From assembly GCA_963677485.1 (NCBI GenBank), contig OY781964.1:4160001-4224000 (forward strand): a DNA stretch of 64,000 bases, given 5' to 3'. Position numbers and translations under genes: made by a program. The first letter of the stretch is position 1. The number at the start of each line of letters is the position of its first letter. The notes under the pieces were generated by a model that was not told where the DNA came from, searched no databases, and worked only from the letters and a program-made list of their open reading frames with translations. Shown here piece by piece: positions 58,358 through 64,000 of this stretch. Source of the DNA: Armatimonadota bacterium (GTDB lineage Bacteria > Armatimonadota > HRBIN16).

Positions 58358-59314
58358 ATGCCTATACTTACCGTGAACCCTTTGAAATGGAATGAAATGA
58401 CGAACAGCTACATCGGTAGCTCGACGGTGTCACTGCAGGCGATGGGTGTCAAAACGGACTACGCTGAAGTCGCTGCACTGTCTGGTTTCGCCTTCAAGCT
58501 GAGCTTCTACCAACCGGAGTTTTGTCCGAGCAGTGTGGATGCAACATGCGGTTTCGATTGCTCCACCGTTCTCTGGCAGAACTTCGGGTATACCAACCAG
58601 TTCCTGGGGTGTGACCTGAAAAAGCCAGAGGATATTCGACGTGTCAGAATGGTGTTGATCCGTCAGTTGCGACTGGGTCGGCCGGTACCAGCAATTGGGA
58701 TTCGGGTTGCTGATGAATGGGGCGTGATCTGCGGTGAGCAAGATAACGGTGAGAAACTCATATGCCACAGCTACTTCGACAGCACCGATGAGGCTGTGCC
58801 CGTAGACAAATTCCCATGGATCGTATCCATCGCTGATGGTGATGGCGGTAAGCTGCCAGGCGAAGCTGAATATCTAGCGGCCTTACGCAGAGTAGGGATG
58901 CTGGCGCGGCAGCCGGAGTTCATTCCGTATCACAACGGTTGGAGAGCTTATACAACCTGGATTGGTCAGCTTGAGGATGAGGGCTGGTGCAAGCGCAACC
59001 CGAAGTTCGACTATGGCTTCTGGCAGAGCATGAACGCATATTTCCTGAGTAACTTAACTGACTCGCGAAAGCAAGCCGGTGTGGCGTTGGCAAGGTGGGC
59101 AGACGTGATGCCCCTGCGGATGCGCTCGAAACTAAAGGACGCAGCCGCACAATACCAGCAGGAACACACCATACTCGCAGCGGCTTGCCTAGATGCTCCC
59201 TGGAACGGTGAATGGAACGAAATCCAGCGTCGCAAGCAAGCAAAAGCGATGCGTGCGGCTCTAGCGATTGACAAGCGGGCCGTTGGCTTCGTGGAGCGGG
59301 CCGTCGGCGGGTAG
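58358..59314 (+). CDS. Hypothetical protein (possible BtrH_N/papain-like fold)
   Basis: GGAGG RBS; SG.AF..., CPSSVDATCGFD, G.PV.A, EWG.I.G, G..AY..W, L.D.R..A..L. Confidence 0.55.
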   Translation: MPILTVNPLKWNEMTNSYIGSSTVSLQAMGVKTDYAEVAALSGFAFKLSFYQPEFCPSSVDATCGFDCSTVLWQNFGYTNQFLGCDLKKPEDIRRVRMVLIRQLRLGRPVPAIGIRVADEWGVICGEQDNGEKLICHSYFDSTDEAVPVDKFPWIVSIADGDGGKLPGEAEYLAALRRVGMLARQPEFIPYHNGWRAYTTWIGQLEDEGWCKRNPKFDYGFWQSMNAYFLSNLTDSRKQAGVALARWADVMPLRMRSKLKDAAAQYQQEHTILAAACLDAPWNGEWNEIQRRKQAKAMRAALAIDKRAVGFVERAVGG

Positions 59315-59325
59315 GATTCAAATCT

Positions 59326-59350
59326 CGGACGGATCCAACCGATCCGTCCG
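59326..59350. repeat. CGGACGGATC palindrome between convergent genes
   Basis: CGGACGGATC-CAACC-GATCCGTCCG. Confidence 0.55.
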
Positions 59351-59367
59351 GTAATTCCTGAATCTAG

Positions 59368-60141
59368 CTACGCCTTCCACTTGCGCGCGACGAAATGCAC
59401 GCGGTCGCTGCGCTTGTCCGGTGCATGCTGGCTGTAGCTGTTAAAGCTGCGCACACTGTCAAATCCGACCTGCATTAACCAGCTTTTGATGTCGGCCAAG
59501 TCATAGGCGCGTTCGTGGTGCTGCTCATTGAACTCTTCTGTAACCTCGCCTTTATCATTCCTTACGAGGAAGGTCATGTTGACCTCGCAGATATGGGTTT
59601 CGGCATTGTATGTGCCAATCCAGTTGTAGTTGAGGGTGGCCTTCTCGTCCTCGCAGTTTTGGTTGAAAAGCGATTCCGCGAATGCATACTCGGTATTGAG
59701 GTCAAATATGAAAAGGCTGCCCGGAAGCAGGTGGTCATAAACTTGTTGAAAAGCCATTTGCAAGCGTGTTTCGTCTAGAATGTAGTTCAGGCTGTCATAC
59801 AAGCAGATGCAGGTATCAAAAGAGCCTGGCACATCCAACTCGGCGGCATCTTGAACATAAAAAGGCACTGGTATATCTTTCGCCTCGGCCTTTTGGCGCG
59901 CCTGGGCGATCATGCCTTCGCTGAGGTCAACGCCAACAACCTCCAGACCCATCTCGTGGAATATCAAAGACATCGTGCCGGTGCCGCAGCAAAGGTCCAA
60001 TAGACGGTGAGGCACATGGTTGTGCCTGCTGCACAACTGCAGAATGTATCGCGACCAGAATCTGTAGGGAACAGAGCCCATGAGCTCATCGTAATATCTG
60101 GTGACGGCGGTGAATGAGGAGTTGTATTCAGTATTATTCAT
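59368..60141 (-). CDS. Class I SAM-dependent methyltransferase (YqeM-like)
   Basis: YDELM..VPY..W, LDLCCGTG, GVDLS..M, C.YDSLNY, FIFD.NT, E.H.ERAY. Confidence 0.9.
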   Translation of the reverse strand: MNNTEYNSSFTAVTRYYDELMGSVPYRFWSRYILQLCSRHNHVPHRLLDLCCGTGTMSLIFHEMGLEVVGVDLSEGMIAQARQKAEAKDIPVPFYVQDAAELDVPGSFDTCICLYDSLNYILDETRLQMAFQQVYDHLLPGSLFIFDLNTEYAFAESLFNQNCEDEKATLNYNWIGTYNAETHICEVNMTFLVRNDKGEVTEEFNEQHHERAYDLADIKSWLMQVGFDSVRSFNSYSQHAPDKRSDRVHFVARKWKA

Positions 60142-60200
60142 ACTTATATTCTACCGTCTGCAAGCTGTGGCAAAATGTAAGAAGAGGAATTTGACACGAA

Positions 60201-60980
60201 GTGACATATACAGCACCATCTTGGCTTACCGTACTCGGCAGCGGAACATCACATGGCGTGCCCATGGTGAAGTGTCAGTGCGCGGTGTGCCGATCGACGA
60301 ATCCCAGGAATTTCCGCAACCGGAGCTGCTTCTTGCTGGAGCTACCAGCGGGCAGTGCCATCATCGATACACCCCCTGAGTTCCGCATTACCTGCATCAA
60401 ACACAATGTGCAGCATGTAGATGCGGTTCTATACACACATCATCACGCCGATCATGTATGCGGGTTTGACGACGTGCGCGGTTTTACCGACCATGCACAG
60501 AACCCCTTGCCTGTCTATGCCGATGAAGCCACACTGACCAGTCTGGAGAGTATGTTCCCGTACGCCTTCAAGCCTGCTCCCGCAGGGTTATCACTACCGC
60601 GGGTTGAGTTGATCACGATTGATGGGTGCTTTGGTCTACTTGGTGAGGAGATACAGCCGATCAGGGTGCTGCACGGCAAGCTGCCTGTGATGGCCTATCG
60701 CATACGCAATGTGGCGGTTGTCACCGATGTCTCTCATATACCGGCAGATGCTGAGGAGATGCTGCAGGGTTTGGATGTGCTGTTGCTGGATGCTGTGCGG
60801 TATAAGCCGCATCCCACGCATTACCATATGGATGCGGCACTTGAGGTGGTTAAAAGATTGCGGCCCAGGCAGACCTACTTTATCCATCTGTCGCATGACT
60901 ATGACCACGATGTGGTGAATTCACAGTTACCTGACCATGTCGAATTGGCATACGACGGGTTGAAGATACCAATTCGGTAA
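60201..60980 (+). CDS. MBL-fold phosphodiesterase (PhnP/YycJ-like)
   Basis: LGSGTS.GVP...C.C..C.S, IDT.PEFR, TH.HADH..G.DD.R, TDVS.IP, HPTH, HLSH, LAYDG. Confidence 0.9.
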   Translation: MTYTAPSWLTVLGSGTSHGVPMVKCQCAVCRSTNPRNFRNRSCFLLELPAGSAIIDTPPEFRITCIKHNVQHVDAVLYTHHHADHVCGFDDVRGFTDHAQNPLPVYADEATLTSLESMFPYAFKPAPAGLSLPRVELITIDGCFGLLGEEIQPIRVLHGKLPVMAYRIRNVAVVTDVSHIPADAEEMLQGLDVLLLDAVRYKPHPTHYHMDAALEVVKRLRPRQTYFIHLSHDYDHDVVNSQLPDHVELAYDGLKIPIR

Positions 60981-60986
60981 ACCGGC

Positions 60987-61346
60987 CTACTTGATGAGCA
61001 GGTTCTTTATCCCCATGACGATGAGCAACAATCCGAATCCCCGCTTTAGCCATATTTCAGGAAGCATGACTGCGATTTTGGCTGATAGATAACTGCCAAG
61101 CACAAACCCTATGATGATGAGCCCGGCAGCAAGCACGTTAATGTTTTTGCTTCGGTAATACTCCATCACGGCGGCGATCCCGATGGGGGGCAGCATCAGT
61201 GCTAATGAGGTACCCGTGGCCATCTTCTGCGAGAACCCAAACCACGCCACGAGTGCGGGCACTATGATGATCCCGCCACCCACACCAAACGCTCCGGCCA
61301 GACCACCTGCGCATACGCCCACCAATATCAGTAATATATTAGTCAT
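60987..61346 (-). CDS. Half-size sulfite exporter TauE/SafE (TSUP) family protein
   Basis: AG.L.G.FGVGGG.IIVPAL, A.GTSLA..LPPIG, LKR.FG. Confidence 0.85.
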   Translation of the reverse strand: MTNILLILVGVCAGGLAGAFGVGGGIIIVPALVAWFGFSQKMATGTSLALMLPPIGIAAVMEYYRSKNINVLAAGLIIIGFVLGSYLSAKIAVMLPEIWLKRGFGLLLIVMGIKNLLIK

Positions 61347-61460
61347 CGAATGTCACCATCTCCTGTTTTCTCTTCTTATGTCAGAGTACACGAATGAGCT
61401 GGCAACGGCAAATCCAGTGCTGCATAGGGTACACTTGGGTAAACACAACAGGAGTTTGAT

Positions 61461-61667
61461 ATGGCACAATTCACGAATGAACAACGCGGCGCGTTTCTGC
61501 GTACCACCATCGTAATCAAGGCCGGTGAGACAGTTCGTCTATGCCGATGCTTCAAATCTGAGGATTTCCCGTTTTGCGATGGGGCGCATAAATCATGTCC
61601 TGGCACTGGCCCGGTGATCGTTCAGGCCGTCGCTGAAGATGCACCTGATGCTGAGGTTGAGGGCTAG
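61461..61667 (+). CDS. CDGSH iron-sulfur domain protein
   Basis: LCRCFKS..PFCDGAH; AGGAG RBS. Confidence 0.9.
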   Translation: MAQFTNEQRGAFLRTTIVIKAGETVRLCRCFKSEDFPFCDGAHKSCPGTGPVIVQAVAEDAPDAEVEG

Positions 61668-61799
61668 AATGTAACCCCATTTGTGGTGGCACATTGAACA
61701 GGGGTGGTATAAAACCGCCCTTTGCTTCATCTGGATTTTACGCAACAGCTATGGATCGTGAGACTGCCGTTTTGCACTACTATTAGATACACTGATAGT

Positions 61800-63269
61800 A
61801 TGATGCAAAGTAATAACGAACAGCAGGGTGCTGTCGGTTCAACTGAACAACATTCTGTTCAGATTGATACTTCATTGTACACACCAGCCACAGATATCGA
61901 TTGGCCGACCATGGCTCACGAAATTGCACAGTTACCTCCAGGCCCGATCATTGTACGCGTATATCTGCGACCTTCTGAGCAATGGATGGAACGTAATAAA
62001 TCGCAACTGGTCAAGGGTATGGCCCCGTATTCTCAGGCGGTAGTGCTGCCGTATCCCAGTATCTTTTCGGAGCGCTGGGGTGATGAGGCACTGCGTTTGA
62101 TGAAAAAGCTGGGAATCGATATTCACAACCAGAGCTGGGTATCACGGGTGTCGTGTATCTATTTGGAACAAGTGGAGTATCTGGGTGTAGGGGAATCGGA
62201 TGAAAACACCCGCTATTGGGGTGATTACAGCGATGTGGCTGAAGAAGCATTTACTGCCTGGATGTGGGAAGGAAACAAACATATTCCAGAGAGTATGGAG
62301 CTTATACCTGGTGCAGAATGGCGGGCGGCGGGTCCGGGCGAGTATTTCCCTGACGCGCCTATGGGTGCTCTGAGTGGTTTGTATGACGCATTTCTAGCTC
62401 AAGCAGCCTCGCACTGGCAAGTTCGAATGATGGACGCACTCTCTACCGCTTTGTCATCGAAGGTGCCGGTGGGTATCAGTTCAAAGGGTTGTGTAGGCAG
62501 TTCATATGATAGACACCGTCTGTGGGGTATTCATCTACTGGATACCATTACGCATGAATCCTCGGTCTGTAAAAGCGTGTTATTGCAGGATAGCCAAAGC
62601 TGGATCCCCGTAGACAGCCTTATTGCCCGGGGTCTATCAGTGGTTGGAACGCAGCCGGAAGCCAATCCTCAAGTAGCCTTTTTACTTCATGAAACCAGCA
62701 CTTGCTGGACAGGATATGGTGCTCAGTTCCCCTCGCAGATACTGAAGATGCGCTCACTCTTGCGCGAGATGAAGCTGGCCGTTTGGGATGGATTGGTGTC
62801 TGATTTGCAGAAGCTTCCATCTACGGTGAAGTTAGTGGTCATCGCGAATGCTTGTGCGTTAAGCGATGCCGAGATGACTGCCCTTCAGGCTTTCATTCGC
62901 AAGGGGCAGCGTCATTTTGTGCTTGTCGGTGCGATAGGGTTAATTAACCCGGACACCGGACAATGGGATGTGGGCCGTATGCAGTCTGTGACCGGTATTC
63001 CGTTCAGTCTGCAATTTACCAAAGGCAGCAGCCGGTGTATATGGGCTGATAACAAACCGTTTGGTGATGGCGAGGTGGTACCGCGGTTTGTTTCTAGGTC
63101 GGCATCTCTCATAAAGTTTGAAGATGGTGGAAACGCGAGCGGGCAAAGGTGGCTTCCATCGGGTAAACTGAATTGGTGTGCTTGCGCCCCTTTGCATATT
63201 CCTTTATGGCGGGACTGGCTTACGGAGGCTCAGGTAACACTTGCGGATGCTATTTCTGCGGAGGTGTAA
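61800..63269 (+). CDS. Hypothetical protein, degenerate GH42-like paralog
   Basis: Shares WGDYS...AF..W, VAF, D...LP...K.VV..NA and GKL.WC..P with 34336-37335. Confidence 0.5.
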   Translation: MMQSNNEQQGAVGSTEQHSVQIDTSLYTPATDIDWPTMAHEIAQLPPGPIIVRVYLRPSEQWMERNKSQLVKGMAPYSQAVVLPYPSIFSERWGDEALRLMKKLGIDIHNQSWVSRVSCIYLEQVEYLGVGESDENTRYWGDYSDVAEEAFTAWMWEGNKHIPESMELIPGAEWRAAGPGEYFPDAPMGALSGLYDAFLAQAASHWQVRMMDALSTALSSKVPVGISSKGCVGSSYDRHRLWGIHLLDTITHESSVCKSVLLQDSQSWIPVDSLIARGLSVVGTQPEANPQVAFLLHETSTCWTGYGAQFPSQILKMRSLLREMKLAVWDGLVSDLQKLPSTVKLVVIANACALSDAEMTALQAFIRKGQRHFVLVGAIGLINPDTGQWDVGRMQSVTGIPFSLQFTKGSSRCIWADNKPFGDGEVVPRFVSRSASLIKFEDGGNASGQRWLPSGKLNWCACAPLHIPLWRDWLTEAQVTLADAISAEV

Positions 63270-63272
63270 CCA

Positions 63273-63473
63273 GTGACTGTAACCGTGACCTGCCAAGGTA
63301 ACTCTGTATGGGTTGCGGAGTGCGCTGAGGTACCCGGCTGCTACAGCCATGGGCAAACCCGCGAAGAAGCTCTGTTCAATATCATGACTGCTTTACCTGT
63401 ATTCATGGCTGAGTTTGACCCATATGATGAGATGGATGTTTTGGATGTGGGGGCCGCTTGGGCAGAAGCCTGA
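63273..63473 (+). CDS. HicB-family antitoxin-like protein (orphan)
   Basis: WVAEC.EVPGC.S.G.T.EEAL.NI..A. Confidence 0.8.
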   Translation: MTVTVTCQGNSVWVAECAEVPGCYSHGQTREEALFNIMTALPVFMAEFDPYDEMDVLDVGAAWAEA

Positions 63474-63549
63474 CGGTCACTGATCGATTATCTGAGATCA
63501 GCCTGTATGCAACAGGGGTCTCATCACAACTAGCCCAAATGGTAGAGTA

Positions 63550-64000
63550 TTGATACAAAAGAACACAAACCCTACGATAGACTGGATTTACGAAGCCCTC
63601 GTCTTCTTTGGCGATGCTGGCTCTTTGGTCATGCAAACATGCCTGGCCCTGATAAAGGGCAAGGTGGAATGGGCCAACGTATTCCGGCAGATGGTGTTAA
63701 TTGGCGTTCAAGCCCTGCCGATGGCCATCATCGCAAGCTGCTTCATGTCTGGAGTCATCACACTATACATCACACCCCTCATGATGCAGTACGGGGTGGC
63801 TTCACTGGTGGGCGGCAGCGTGACTCTGGCAGTCACTCGAGAGATTGGCCCCATTGTCACAGGCGTGGTCGTGGCGGCTAGAAGTGCATCAGCGATTGCC
63901 GCAGAGATCGGCTCTATGAAAGTGACCGAACAAATCGATGCATTGAGAGCTTTATCGGTTCCTCCTGTGCAGTATTTAGTGGCTCCTCGAATCATCGCCA
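63550..64000 (+). CDS. mlaE: MlaE-family ABC permease, runs off the window
   Basis: Not in the ORF track. Manual translation gives QM..IGV..LP, REIGPIVTGVVVAARSASAIAAEIGSMKVTEQIDALRAL...PV.YLV.PR. Confidence 0.92.
   Translation, partial: MIQKNTNPTIDWIYEALVFFGDAGSLVMQTCLALIKGKVEWANVFRQMVLIGVQALPMAIIASCFMSGVITLYITPLMMQYGVASLVGGSVTLAVTREIGPIVTGVVVAARSASAIAAEIGSMKVTEQIDALRALSVPPVQYLVAPRIIA

Noticed and set aside
63639-63995. Track ORFs of 80 aa and 95 aa
   Set aside because: Off-frame or antisense to mlaE, which runs off the window end.

Overview
A mostly housekeeping and carbohydrate-catabolism window from a diderm bacterium. MlaE, a dockerin-like C-terminal tail, a prepilin-type protein and many secreted glycoside hydrolases suggest Armatimonadota or similar; the taxonomy is inference only. 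Core blocks: hisG-ruvA-ruvB-2xTPR-trpB2; rng-ubiD(mqnL); rpmH-rnpA-yidD-yidC-jag-purN-ispE; infC-rpmI-rplT-pheS-pheT; tRNA-Arg(CCT); tryptophanase family gene; glmU-pth. Accessory content: GH9, GH2, GH78, GH42-like and unclassified GH genes, a Znu-type metal ABC operon headed by a dockerin protein and a prepilin-type protein, and an oxidoreductase cluster. Most notable: (1) a 1656-bp insertion element (24650-26305) that cleanly splits an SDR gene. It has no DDE/HUH transposase motif that I can see, encodes a protein with Rep_trans-like motifs plus a wHTH, and ends in a small hairpin whose arm is complementary to the host flank at the opposite junction. (2) A highly structured ~229-bp non-coding unit, present as a 3.2-copy tandem array (28104-28839) and as an inverted copy (~50692-50995). 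(3) A structured 5' leader on the tryptophanase gene. All protein calls are motif-based, without database searches.
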